This document shows positions 17,054-26,042 of a DNA stretch of 34,907 bases, one piece after another. The translations under genes were made by a program, and so were the position numbers. The stretch lies in sequence record SRR20825006_1072, one strand, 5' to 3'. The notes beneath the pieces are model-generated. The model ran no database searches, was not told the DNA's origin, and was given only the letters and a program-made list of their open reading frames with translations. Every line of letters starts with the position of its first letter. Position 1 is the stretch's first letter.

Positions 17054-19486
17054 CTAGCTTACTTGTTTAATCGGAATGTAGTTTTCTTTGTGCTTGGCCG
17101 CGTGCTCAGCCCACGGATCGTTCTGTGCATTTTCCTGTGACTCATAGAAACTTTGCGCCAGTCGTTTACGGTTGGTTTCATCCTCGACCACCAGTGCCTG
17201 CACGTGTTTCAGACCGACACGCTCAATCCATGGTGCCGTACGTTCCAGGTAATGCCCCTCTTCACGATACAACTGCATATAGGCCGCAATGTATTCCATC
17301 GCCTCTTCTTCGGTAGCGACTTTGCACAGGAAGTCGGTTGCCCGCACCTTGATGCCGCCATTACCGCCCACATGCAACTCATAACCGGAATCCACACACA
17401 CTACGCCGATGTCTTTAATCGTTGCCTCGGCGCAGTTACGCGGACAACCGGAAACGGCAATCTTGAATTTATGCGGCGTCCAGCTGCCCCAGGTCATCTT
17501 CTCGACCTTGATACCGAGACCAGTCGAATCCTGGGTACCGAAACGGCACCACTCGCTGCCGACACAGGTTTTTACCGTACGCAGCGATTTACCGTAGGCA
17601 TGGCCGGAGACAAAGCCGGCTTCGCTGAGATCGGCCCACATTTTGGGCAGATCATCTTTTTTCACCCCCAGCAGATCGATACGCTGACCACCGGTGATTT
17701 TGACGGTGGGTACTTTGTACTTTTCAGAGATATCGGCAATAGCGCGCAGTTCTCCCGGATTGGTTACACCACCCCAGATCCTTGGCACGACAGAATAAGT
17801 TCCGTCTTTCTGGATATTGGCGTGAACCCGCTCATTGATAAAGCGTGACTGCGGATCGTCGGCATATTCATTGGGCCAGCTGCTGAGCATGTAGTAGTTC
17901 AGCGCCGGGCGGCAGGAGTGACAGCCGTCAGGATTTTTCCATTCCAATGCGTCAATCAGCTGCGGAATGTTCTTCAGCTCCTGCTCCTTGATAGCGGTTT
18001 TCACCTCATCATGCGACAAGTCGGTACAACCACATATCGCTTTTTTGCTTGGCGTATCATTGAAATCACTGCCCAGCGTTGAGGCCAGAATCTGCTCTAC
18101 CAGGCCGGCACAGGAACCGCATGAGGCCGAGGCCTTGGTATGTGATTTCACCTCATCCAGCGTGTATAGATTATGTTGGGAAATGGCCTTGGTAATATCG
18201 CCTTTGCAGACCCCGTTACAGCCGCAGATTTCTGCCTCATCCGGCAGGTTATCTGTTGAATTGGCCGCACCGTGGCCGGAATCACCGATATGGTGTTGAC
18301 CGAACAACATGTTTTCACGGATATCTGATACATCAGTCGCGTCTTTCATCAACTGGAAGTACCAGGTGCCATCCACAGTATCACCATAGAGCACGACACC
18401 TATCAGCCGATCTTCCTTAATCACCAGCTTCTTATAGACATGACGGGCGGCGTCTTTAAACACCAGATCTTCAGTCTCATCATCGCCATTGAAATCCCCG
18501 GCCGAGAACAGATCGATACCGGTGACTTTCAGCTTGGTTGAAGTCACGCTACTGATGTAACGGGCGATACCCATTTTGGCCAGGTGATTGGCACAAACCT
18601 TGGCCTGCTCAAACAGCGGTGCAACCAGACCGAAGGTCTGGCTGCGGTGCTGCACGCATTCGCCGACAGCGTAAATGGTCGGATCAAAAGTCTGCATGGT
18701 GTCGTCAACGACGATACCGCGCTCGCAATGAATACCAGCCGATTGCGCCAGTTCGATATTGGGGCGTATACCAACCGCCATCACCACCAGGTCGGCATCG
18801 ATTTCAGTGCCATCCTTGAAGTGGACTTTTTCTACACGGTCTTTACCACTGATGGAGTCGGTGGCATGGCTCATCAGGAAATGCAGGCCTTTGCCTTTAA
18901 GCTCCTCAAGCATCAAATCCGAAGCGGCAGTATCAAGCTGTTGGTTCATCAGGGTTTCACTGATATGCACTACCGTCACATCCATGCCCTGCAGCATCAG
19001 ACCATTAGCGGCTTCCAGACCCAACAGGCCACCACCAATCACTACCGCTTTTTTATGGGATTTAGACGTTTCCAGCATGGTGTCAACGTCTTTGATGTCA
19101 CGGAAACTGATTACACCGGGCAGGTCTGCACCAGGAACGGGCAGCATAAACGGACGCGAACCGGTTGCCAGTAACAGGCGATCATAGGGTTCCACTGTAC
19201 CGTCATCAGCGATGACCTGACGATTGATCCTATCAATCTGAGTGACTTTATTACCCGAATGCAGGGTGACATTATTCTCTTCATACCACTGCAGATCATT
19301 AATCATGATCTCGTTAATGGTTTTCTCGCCCGCCAGCACTGGCGACAGCATAATACGGTTGTAGTTACCGTAAGGTTCTTCACCGAATACGGTAATGTCA
19401 TATTTCTCAGGTGCGAGCTTGAGCAACTCCTCCAACGTTCGCATCCCTGCCATGCCATTACCAATCAGCACTAATTTCTCTTTCAT
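17054..19486 (-). CDS. nirB: Nitrite reductase (NAD(P)H) large subunit
   Basis: IGNGMAG FAD motif, GGGLLGLE, ICGCNGVCKG and CGSC [2Fe-2S] motifs, NIQKDGTYSVVPR, and siroheme/[4Fe-4S] ligands KTCVGSEWCRFG and SGCPRNCAE. Confidence 0.96.
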   Translation of the reverse strand: MKEKLVLIGNGMAGMRTLEELLKLAPEKYDITVFGEEPYGNYNRIMLSPVLAGEKTINEIMINDLQWYEENNVTLHSGNKVTQIDRINRQVIADDGTVEPYDRLLLATGSRPFMLPVPGADLPGVISFRDIKDVDTMLETSKSHKKAVVIGGGLLGLEAANGLMLQGMDVTVVHISETLMNQQLDTAASDLMLEELKGKGLHFLMSHATDSISGKDRVEKVHFKDGTEIDADLVVMAVGIRPNIELAQSAGIHCERGIVVDDTMQTFDPTIYAVGECVQHRSQTFGLVAPLFEQAKVCANHLAKMGIARYISSVTSTKLKVTGIDLFSAGDFNGDDETEDLVFKDAARHVYKKLVIKEDRLIGVVLYGDTVDGTWYFQLMKDATDVSDIRENMLFGQHHIGDSGHGAANSTDNLPDEAEICGCNGVCKGDITKAISQHNLYTLDEVKSHTKASASCGSCAGLVEQILASTLGSDFNDTPSKKAICGCTDLSHDEVKTAIKEQELKNIPQLIDALEWKNPDGCHSCRPALNYYMLSSWPNEYADDPQSRFINERVHANIQKDGTYSVVPRIWGGVTNPGELRAIADISEKYKVPTVKITGGQRIDLLGVKKDDLPKMWADLSEAGFVSGHAYGKSLRTVKTCVGSEWCRFGTQDSTGLGIKVEKMTWGSWTPHKFKIAVSGCPRNCAEATIKDIGVVCVDSGYELHVGGNGGIKVRATDFLCKVATEEEAMEYIAAYMQLYREEGHYLERTAPWIERVGLKHVQALVVEDETNRKRLAQSFYESQENAQNDPWAEHAAKHKENYIPIKQVS

Positions 19487-19518
19487 GGATCTCTCCGGTA
19501 TTAACTGACCATCAATAT

Positions 19519-19645
19519 CGCAATCACCATGCCAACTTATAAGGTGTTGAAATTATTAAAGATGGTTATTTCGGAGAGCCCTTAATTGGTGCGAGAAATA
19601 CTTATTTGCGCACCAAAATAAAACATCCATGCACCCGTTGGTGCC
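19519..19645 (-). promoter_or_regulatory. sigma54 promoter of nirBD-nasA with NtrC-like sites
   Basis: TTGGCATGGTGATTGCG (19519-19535). NtrC-like AGCCCTTAATTGGTGCG (19577-19593), CGCACCAAAATAAAACA (19609-19625) and TGCACCCGTTGGTGCC (19630-19645). Confidence 0.85.
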
Positions 19646-19702
19646 GTTGCTCATAAATAGCGTTATGAACTGTCACCTCCCTGTGACAATTAGGTCAATT
19701 AT

Positions 19703-20140
19703 TCAAGGTGCCGCATTCCAGACATGTGACTGCAATTGCCATTCACCGGCCTCATTCTGCTCCAGCACCGTGACCAGCACGCCGCCGAAGCTGACCGGTT
19801 GCTGGTCAGCATCCACGCCTTCGGCCTGCCAGTAACCTACCTGAGTGATTTGTTTATCCGCCGCGATAATATCGACCGTCTCGATCTGGTGGTTATGAAC
19901 CCCGTTATCGATAAACCCTGAAAACAAATTTCTGATGGCTTCATGGCCTTCCAGCAGCTTGCCATTAGCGGGAGAGACGGTCGCATCGTTATCATACAGG
20001 GCCACCAACTCATTCAACTGTCCCTGATTCAGCGCCTGATTCCATTGTTGATTGGCCTTGCTGACAATATTTTCCGGACTGTCAGCCAGCACCGCACCAC
20101 TGAATGTCACAGCGGTCATTGCTAGTAATAAATGTTTCAT
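19703..20140 (-). CDS. Secreted NTF2-like/SnoaL-like (YybH/DUF4440) protein
   Basis: Signal peptide (VLA/D), W..A.N.G....L..LY..DA, G...I...F, and C-terminal GEWQL..H.WN. Confidence 0.8.
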   Translation of the reverse strand: MKHLLLAMTAVTFSGAVLADSPENIVSKANQQWNQALNQGQLNELVALYDNDATVSPANGKLLEGHEAIRNLFSGFIDNGVHNHQIETVDIIAADKQITQVGYWQAEGVDADQQPVSFGGVLVTVLEQNEAGEWQLQSHVWNAAP

Positions 20141-20158
20141 CTTATTTCTCCTTTTTGG

Positions 20159-20170
20159 TTAGGAAGCTAA
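20159..20170. promoter_or_regulatory. Putative MarR operator upstream of the SnoaL-like gene
   Basis: TTAGGAAGCTAA, a TTAG-N4-CTAA pseudo-palindrome identical to the reverse complement of 20709-20720. Confidence 0.7.
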
Positions 20171-20190
20171 TTATTAAATTAAAAAATGGC

Positions 20191-20694
20191 TCAGTCGAAA
20201 ACCTCTGCCTGCTGATTCAGTTTCAGCAAAATCTGCATCAGCATGTCGCCCTCTTCATCTGTCAGAGCCGTCATCAACTGTCTGACGCGACGATAATATT
20301 CCGGCATCACCTCATCAAGTTTGGCCTGACCTTTGTTAGTCAGCTTGACCAGAGTCTGTCTCCGGTCCTTGGGTGACACCATGCGCGTGACCAGCTTATC
20401 GCGCTGCAGGCCATCAATCAGTCCGGTCATGGTAGCGCGACTGACACCCGCCTTTTCAGCAAGTTTAGACGGACTGGAGCAGCCATCATCCTCCCGCATC
20501 AGCAACACCAATACCCACCAACGCCCCTGCAGTAAAGCATGCGCACCCAGATAGCGATCCAGGCCATTGGATAAATCCGTCGCCACACGCAAAAAAGTCA
20601 GAAACTGAATCACCCTGTCAATATCGGCATCGGGGTAGCGATCAGCAAACTTCTTCAGAATGTGCGCGTCAGGTAAGTCTTTAAGCTCCAACAT
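20191..20694 (-). CDS. MarR-family transcriptional regulator
   Basis: PSKLAEKAGVSRATMTGLIDGL HTH and DRR..LVKLT.KG wing. Confidence 0.92.
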   Translation of the reverse strand: MLELKDLPDAHILKKFADRYPDADIDRVIQFLTFLRVATDLSNGLDRYLGAHALLQGRWWVLVLLMREDDGCSSPSKLAEKAGVSRATMTGLIDGLQRDKLVTRMVSPKDRRQTLVKLTNKGQAKLDEVMPEYYRRVRQLMTALTDEEGDMLMQILLKLNQQAEVFD

Positions 20695-20708
20695 AACTCA
20701 GATTATAG

Positions 20709-20720
20709 TTAGCTTCCTAA
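20709..20720. promoter_or_regulatory. Putative MarR autoregulatory operator
   Basis: TAGTTAGCTTCCTAATTA (core TTAGCTTCCTAA), 14 bp upstream of the marR start. Confidence 0.7.
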
Positions 20721-20749
20721 TTAATTTCAATTCCTGATGATTTATCAGA

Positions 20750-20803
20750 TTCAGTTTCAGTTAATTTAGGCTTCAGCTTGGTTTAAGTCCAGCGTCTTAG
20801 CAT
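20750..20803 (+). promoter_or_regulatory. OmpR-type (BqsR-like) direct-repeat array and -10 element of the PepSY gene
   Basis: TTCAG-N6-TTAAT-N6-TTCAG-N6-TTAAG (11-bp period, 20750-20787), then 10 nt and TAGCAT. Confidence 0.72.
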
Positions 20804-20834
20804 GGGAAGCGTTCATCAATAAAGGAGACTGAAC

Positions 20835-21155
20835 ATGAAATTAATGAGTGCCGTTACCCTGAGCAGTGTTTTAGCTGTGATGTTTCTATCTGCATCAGTT
20901 AAAGCAGATGACGATGATATGCGTGAAATGAAAACCCTGTCTGACGGGCTGGGACTGATTTCGCTGGAACAAGCCAAGGCCAAGGCATTGGAAGCGAAAC
21001 CCGGTGTAATTGAAGATGCCGATCTGGAAGATAGAGATTTCAGTAAAGGCTGGGATTATGAGTTTGAAATTGTCGATGTCGATGGCAATGAATGGGAAGT
21101 CTATATCGATGCCAAGACCGGCGAAGTCCGTAAAATCGAAAAAGACTGGTTCTAA
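20835..21155 (+). CDS. Secreted PepSY-domain protein
   Basis: Signal peptide, ISLEQAKAKALEAKPG.I.DADLE and YEFEI...WEVYIDAKTGEV; AAGGAG RBS. Confidence 0.9.
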   Translation: MKLMSAVTLSSVLAVMFLSASVKADDDDMREMKTLSDGLGLISLEQAKAKALEAKPGVIEDADLEDRDFSKGWDYEFEIVDVDGNEWEVYIDAKTGEVRKIEKDWF

Positions 21156-21162
21156 GCCGGAC

Positions 21163-22485
21163 TCATGCCTGCAGGTGCACCGTCACCTGCAGGCCCCCAT
21201 ACTGCTCAGAGCGCTGAAATGACAGCGTGCCATTGTAACTTTCCACGATATCATGAGCGATAGCGAGTCCGAGGCCACTGCCGGGTTTGGACTCATCGGC
21301 GCGAAAGCCGCGCTGACTTAAACGTAACAGATCGGCTTCATCACAACCCGGCCCATCGTCCTCAACTACTATTTCCATTCCCTCAGCAGTCATGCTGATA
21401 TTCAACACAACCTGTTCCTGACACCACTTGCATGCATTGTCGAGCAGATTGCCCAGCAATTCGAGCAGATCTTCACGATCACCCTTAAAACGGACATCAT
21501 CAGCAAGCTGCCAGTCTATATTCAGCGCCTTATCACGATAAATCCGTTGCAGCGTTTCCGTGAGTTGTGACACCAGCTCGGTCAGATCAATGCCCTTGCC
21601 TGGCAGGGTAACGCCGGCAACGCGTCCCCGTTTCAGTTCCCTGTCGATAATTTGCCTTATCTCACTGGTCTGTTCATAAATAGCAGTGTGCATTGCTGTG
21701 TTATCAGAAGGGCCTGATTCGACAGTCTGGTTAATCAAGGTTAACTGGGTTTTGAGGCGATGCGCCAGATTACCCAGAGCCTGCCGTGAGCGGCGTGTTT
21801 TGCTAACCATGCTCTGCATCAGCCGGTTCAACTCGGACAGCAATGGTTGAATTTCATCAGGCGCATTTTCATCGATTTTTTCAATCTCGCCTTGTCCCAG
21901 TTGCTCAAGTTGTCGCCTTGCTTTGCTGAGTGGTTTCAGTGCCTGCCTGACCAGACCGGCCTGAAACAACAGCAAGATTACAAAGCCGCTGGCGGATAAC
22001 AGTGTAAAAACAAACTGAAAATGCTGTTTATCTTCCAGCATCCAGGCAATATCTTCCGCCACGGTAATAGTCACTGATTTATCCTGCTTCAGATAACTGG
22101 CTGACACCGCCAGCAGTGGCTGCCCCTGCGGGCCGGTCTGATAATGAACCTGGCGCTCGCCAACCGCAACCCACCGGGTTTTCAGGCTGAAGTCCCATAG
22201 AGAGCGTGAATAGAGTTGCTGATCGACAGACTCCACGGTGAAATAAAGCCCGGAAAATGTGCGCCTGTAGTTACTGCTGAGTCGTGCATTGTCAAGGGTT
22301 AACTGACCGTCCGGAGAAACAGTCAGGTTGGCCAGCAGGCTCTCGGTCTCTTCCTGCAGACGGGTGATAACCTGTTTTTCGATCAGCCGGTCGATGGTCA
22401 GAGTCAGCCACAACCACTGCCCGATCAGTAATAATGCCAACACCAGGGTCAGACCGATGGCAAGTCGGCTGCGAATCGAGGTCAT
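21163..22485 (-). CDS. Sensor histidine kinase, BqsS/CarS/PhoQ-like
   Basis: Two TM helices, HAMP (P.EI.PL..ELN), H-box LAHRLKT, N-box GNLLDNACKW, EDDGPG and GSGLGL. Confidence 0.9.
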   Translation of the reverse strand: MTSIRSRLAIGLTLVLALLLIGQWLWLTLTIDRLIEKQVITRLQEETESLLANLTVSPDGQLTLDNARLSSNYRRTFSGLYFTVESVDQQLYSRSLWDFSLKTRWVAVGERQVHYQTGPQGQPLLAVSASYLKQDKSVTITVAEDIAWMLEDKQHFQFVFTLLSASGFVILLLFQAGLVRQALKPLSKARRQLEQLGQGEIEKIDENAPDEIQPLLSELNRLMQSMVSKTRRSRQALGNLAHRLKTQLTLINQTVESGPSDNTAMHTAIYEQTSEIRQIIDRELKRGRVAGVTLPGKGIDLTELVSQLTETLQRIYRDKALNIDWQLADDVRFKGDREDLLELLGNLLDNACKWCQEQVVLNISMTAEGMEIVVEDDGPGCDEADLLRLSQRGFRADESKPGSGLGLAIAHDIVESYNGTLSFQRSEQYGGLQVTVHLQA

Positions 22486-23150
22486 CGCCCTTCCCGGCCG
22501 AAGATATAGCCCTGCCCGCGCCGGGTCTGAATCAATCCCTGTCCCAGTTTCTGCCGCAATCGGTTGATGTAGACCTCAATCACATTGCTGTCCTTATCGC
22601 TGTCTAGCTGGTAAACGTGTTCAGTCAGGGTGGTTTTGGATAAGAGCTTGCCGGGATTGAGCATAAAATAACGCAGCAGTTTGAATTCGGTACCGGTCAG
22701 GCTGAACTTTTCGCCGCTACTGAGATTGACGCTCTGATCCGACTCATCCAGCGACAACTCGCCATAGCTTAGCGAGCCCGGCTTTAAACCGGCATAACGA
22801 CGCATTACAGCATCAATGCGGACCAGAAGCTCTTCGATTTGAAAGGGTTTGGCAAGGTAATCGTCCGCACCGGCTTTAAAGCCCAGTACCTTATCTTCCC
22901 AGGCATCGCGGGCAGTGAGAATAATGACCGGTGTCAGATTGTCCCGCTGGCGCCAGTTTTTCAATACATCCAGACCTGACTGACCCGGCAGTCCCAGATC
23001 CAGCACAATCAGATCATAGGGTTCGATATCACCCATCGCCTCACCGTCGATACCATCTGTCGACAGATCAGTAGCATAACCGGCGCGATTGAGTGCATCC
23101 TGTAGTTTCGGCCCTAGGCCCGGGTCATCCTCGACCAGCAGCAGCCGCAT
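22482..23150 (-). CDS. OmpR-family response regulator, BqsR/CarR-like
   Basis: MRLLLVED, LDLGLP, GADDYLAKPF, and wHTH SNVIEVYINRLRQKL...TRRGQGY. Confidence 0.93.
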   Translation of the reverse strand: MRLLLVEDDPGLGPKLQDALNRAGYATDLSTDGIDGEAMGDIEPYDLIVLDLGLPGQSGLDVLKNWRQRDNLTPVIILTARDAWEDKVLGFKAGADDYLAKPFQIEELLVRIDAVMRRYAGLKPGSLSYGELSLDESDQSVNLSSGEKFSLTGTEFKLLRYFMLNPGKLLSKTTLTEHVYQLDSDKDSNVIEVYINRLRQKLGQGLIQTRRGQGYIFGREGR

Positions 23151-23153
23151 GCT

Positions 23154-23489
23154 CTAATCCTCGCTTTCCAGCTCGATCAGTTCCGCCGTGCTGGCATCCA
23201 GTTCCAGTTCCCAGACCTGTCCATGATCATCCAGGATTTCCAGTTCGTAAATATAGCGACCGTCCTCTTCGTCCAGCTCCGTTTCCAGGATCTGGCCTGA
23301 TTTGACCGCCATGGCAGATTTGATCACCCGCTCCAGGGGCAGAATATCGCCGCGCTGTTTCAGCATACGTGCACGATCAGCATCGTCATCTGCTTGCAGA
23401 CCATGGCCGGGCAGGATGAACATCATCAACAAGCCGGCGAGAGATAGAGACGGATTAAAAGATTTCATACCAGTTCTGCCAAAGTTCAT
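23154..23489 (-). CDS. Secreted PepSY-domain protein
   Basis: Signal peptide, G.ILPLE and ILETELDEEDGRYIYELEIL...ELDAST. The start may instead be ATG 23468 (MKSF). Confidence 0.88.
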   Translation of the reverse strand: MNFGRTGMKSFNPSLSLAGLLMMFILPGHGLQADDDADRARMLKQRGDILPLERVIKSAMAVKSGQILETELDEEDGRYIYELEILDDHGQVWELELDASTAELIELESED

Positions 23490-23500
23490 TAAACACAGAC

Positions 23501-23532
23501 AGTCTAATGGGCATGACTTAATCCAAGATGAA
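23501..23532 (-). promoter_or_regulatory. BqsR-like direct repeat and -10 element of the PepSY-RR-HK operon
   Basis: Minus strand TTCAT-CTTGGA-TTAAG, 10 nt, TAGACT; same geometry as 20772-20803. Confidence 0.72.
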
Positions 23533-23548
23533 AAATAATGACCGTCCG

Positions 23549-23863
23549 TTAGCGCACAGTGAAGATTCGGACGACCTCGCCATTTTTGAAAATAACATGG
23601 GTGGCTTTACTGTCAGCGGTGCTGTACATCCATTTTTCAAACAGATCATGGCCTTCTTCATCGCCCAGCGCGGGTCTTTTGTGCTTGCTGATATAGGAAG
23701 GCTCCCAGGCTTGACCGCAGGTCGACTTGATCTGTTGCGGGCTCATTCCCAGCGTAATCGCCTGGGTGCCACAGGGCAGACTGGACAAGTCTGCACTACC
23801 GGCCAGCACTGCTGAACTGCTCAGGCCGATCAGGGTCATGAATACTGTTGATGTCAGTCGCAT
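23549..23863 (-). CDS. Small secreted protein, DUF2845-like
   Basis: Signal peptide, L.CG...I.LG.S...I...CG.P and EKWMY....V.FKNGEV..I. Start ATG 23863 after GAGGAG. Confidence 0.7.
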   Translation of the reverse strand: MRLTSTVFMTLIGLSSSAVLAGSADLSSLPCGTQAITLGMSPQQIKSTCGQAWEPSYISKHKRPALGDEEGHDLFEKWMYSTADSKATHVIFKNGEVVRIFTVR

Positions 23864-24004
23864 GATTGTCTCTCCTCGTGATGATAGATGCGACAATAGC
23901 ATGATTTAAAAATAGTTTCTAAACCCGCCTTGAACAAGCTGAGATACACCTAACTCAGTCATCAGATCTGCGCTCAATAGGGTTGTTCAAGCAAGAAAGT
24001 AAAT

Positions 24005-26008
24005 TTATTCTGTCGCCTGTGTGTCGCTGACAATATGTAAGAAGTGCATGTGTTTCTCATATTGAATCAGCACATCATCCAGTACCTGCTCCTGATTGTA
24101 TCCATACAGGTCATAGTGCTGGCTGCCTTCAGCCAGATAGACCTCGGCGCGATAATAGCGTTTGCTTTCATCAGTCTTGGTCTCAAACTCCGGAAAGGCA
24201 AAACTGGGGACTAAATGTCCCACGCTGTGCACACCATAGACGAAATCGACTTCACCACCATAGACGACCCGCAATTCAATATAGCTGTCTTGTTTGCTGA
24301 CAGTGGCTTCCTGACCACTCTGCCGAATTTCCGCTGCGACCTGTTGTAAAGCCGGCTCCGCGATCTGCTTCATGAATTGCGACATTTCCGACTCATCAGG
24401 AAACGTGCTGAGATTTTTAAGACGCTGTTTCCAGGTTACCCGGCGTCCACTGCTGACTGGCGTTTGCGGCATGCCGACCACCATTCGCTTGATCCCCTCC
24501 ATTTTCAGGCCTTTGAATAAGCCCAGACAAATCACCAGCATAATAATGGCAAACGGTAATGCGCCTGCAATCACCGCAGTCTGCAGGCCTGTCAGCCCGC
24601 CAGCCAGCAATAATGTGGCAGCCACAACGCCTTCCATTAGCGCCCAGAAAACACGTTGCCAGACAGGTGGCATAGGGTGACCACCAGAAGTAATGGTGTC
24701 GATAACCAGGGAGCCCGAATCCGATGAAGTCACAAAAAAAGTAACGACAAGCACTGTTGCGATGCCTGAGGCCAGGGTGCTGAGTGGCAAATTTTCAAAC
24801 ATAGTGAATATAGCCAGCGGTACATTTTCTGCAATGGCACCGGTGATCACACCCGGTAAAGCCCCCAGTTCCATACTGATTGCGGTACCGCCGAAAAATG
24901 TCATCCACATAAAGCTAAACCCGACCGGCACAAACAACACGCCAAGGACGAATTCCCGAATGGTTCTGCCGCGGGAAACTCGAGCTATGAACATGCCGAC
25001 AAATGGTGACCAGGAAATCCACCAGCCCCAATAGAAGAGTGTCCAGCCACCTATCCAGCTATTGGGTTCATAGGCATAGAGATTGAAAGTTAAATCCACC
25101 AGTTGGCTGAGATAAGCGCCGGTATTCTGTACCAGAGATTCCAACAGAAACAGCGTTGGCCCTGCCAGCATGACAAACACCAGCAGTAACACGGCCAGCA
25201 CAAGATTGAGCTCCGACAAGCGCTTAATGCCGGCATCGAGACCAGCTACAACAGAGGCTGTGGCCATCAGGGTAATGACCGCTATCAAAGCGATTTGCAG
25301 ATAGACTGAATCCGGAAAATCAAACAGATAACTGAGTCCGGCATTAATCTGCAGCACACCAAAACCCAGAGATGTGGCGATACCGAACATGGTGCCGATG
25401 ACCGCAAAAATATCCACTGCATGCCCGATTGGACCATAAATCCGCTCACCGATCAGAGGATACAAGGCCGAACGGATGGTCAGCGGCAGGTTATGCCTGA
25501 AGCCAAAGTAGGCTAATGCCAGCCCCACTACCGCATAAATGGCCCAGGCATGAAGTCCCCAGTGAAAAAAGGTGATGGACATGGCCTGCCTGGCCGCTTC
25601 CACGGTTCCGCCTTCCCCCACCGGCGGCGTGGCAAAATGCATCACTGGTTCTGCCACGCCAAAAAAGAGTAAGCCAATGCCCATGCCCGCACTGAACAAC
25701 ATGGCAAACCAGGAGGTATAACCATAATCCGGTTCGGAATGATCCGGTCCGAGTTTAATCTTGCCGTAGGCACTCATTGCCAGTCCCAGGCAGAATATCA
25801 GGAAGATAGCGACTGCCAGCAGATAGAACCAGCCAAAGGTATCGATGACCCAGCCCTGCACAGACGCAAACACCTTCGTCGCCAGATCGGGAAAACCCGC
25901 ACCGAAAATAACAATCATCAGAATGAGAATCGCGGAACCAAAAAAGACGGGGGGATTCACTGCCATTTTGGGACTCGATGTGTTCATTTTGCTTTGTTGC
26001 TGACTCAT
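24005..26008 (-). CDS. betT: BCCT-family choline/glycine betaine transporter with a long C-terminal domain
   Basis: SWFAMLFSAGMGIGL, FHWGLHAWAIY, WTLFYWGWWISWSPFVGMFIARVSRGRT and FFVTSSDSG; C-terminal RAEVYL.EG. Start moved to ATG 26008. Confidence 0.92.
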   Translation of the reverse strand: MSQQQSKMNTSSPKMAVNPPVFFGSAILILMIVIFGAGFPDLATKVFASVQGWVIDTFGWFYLLAVAIFLIFCLGLAMSAYGKIKLGPDHSEPDYGYTSWFAMLFSAGMGIGLLFFGVAEPVMHFATPPVGEGGTVEAARQAMSITFFHWGLHAWAIYAVVGLALAYFGFRHNLPLTIRSALYPLIGERIYGPIGHAVDIFAVIGTMFGIATSLGFGVLQINAGLSYLFDFPDSVYLQIALIAVITLMATASVVAGLDAGIKRLSELNLVLAVLLLVFVMLAGPTLFLLESLVQNTGAYLSQLVDLTFNLYAYEPNSWIGGWTLFYWGWWISWSPFVGMFIARVSRGRTIREFVLGVLFVPVGFSFMWMTFFGGTAISMELGALPGVITGAIAENVPLAIFTMFENLPLSTLASGIATVLVVTFFVTSSDSGSLVIDTITSGGHPMPPVWQRVFWALMEGVVAATLLLAGGLTGLQTAVIAGALPFAIIMLVICLGLFKGLKMEGIKRMVVGMPQTPVSSGRRVTWKQRLKNLSTFPDESEMSQFMKQIAEPALQQVAAEIRQSGQEATVSKQDSYIELRVVYGGEVDFVYGVHSVGHLVPSFAFPEFETKTDESKRYYRAEVYLAEGSQHYDLYGYNQEQVLDDVLIQYEKHMHFLHIVSDTQATE

Positions 26009-26042
26009 AATCTGCTCTCTGCCTCTGGCGGATTTATTTTTA

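Noticed and set aside
4566-19474. Long plus-strand ORFs (e.g. 4566-5372, 7234-7782, 17153-17848, 18584-19174)
   Set aside because: They lie antisense to well-conserved genes and have no recognisable motifs; these are shadow ORFs.
23939-23983. TPP-riboswitch-like CTGAGA...TAGGG (+ strand) or hammerhead-like CTGATGA (- strand)
   Set aside because: The remaining core elements are absent (no GAACCTGAT...AATGCC for TPP; no GAAA after stem II for a hammerhead), and no thiamine gene is adjacent.
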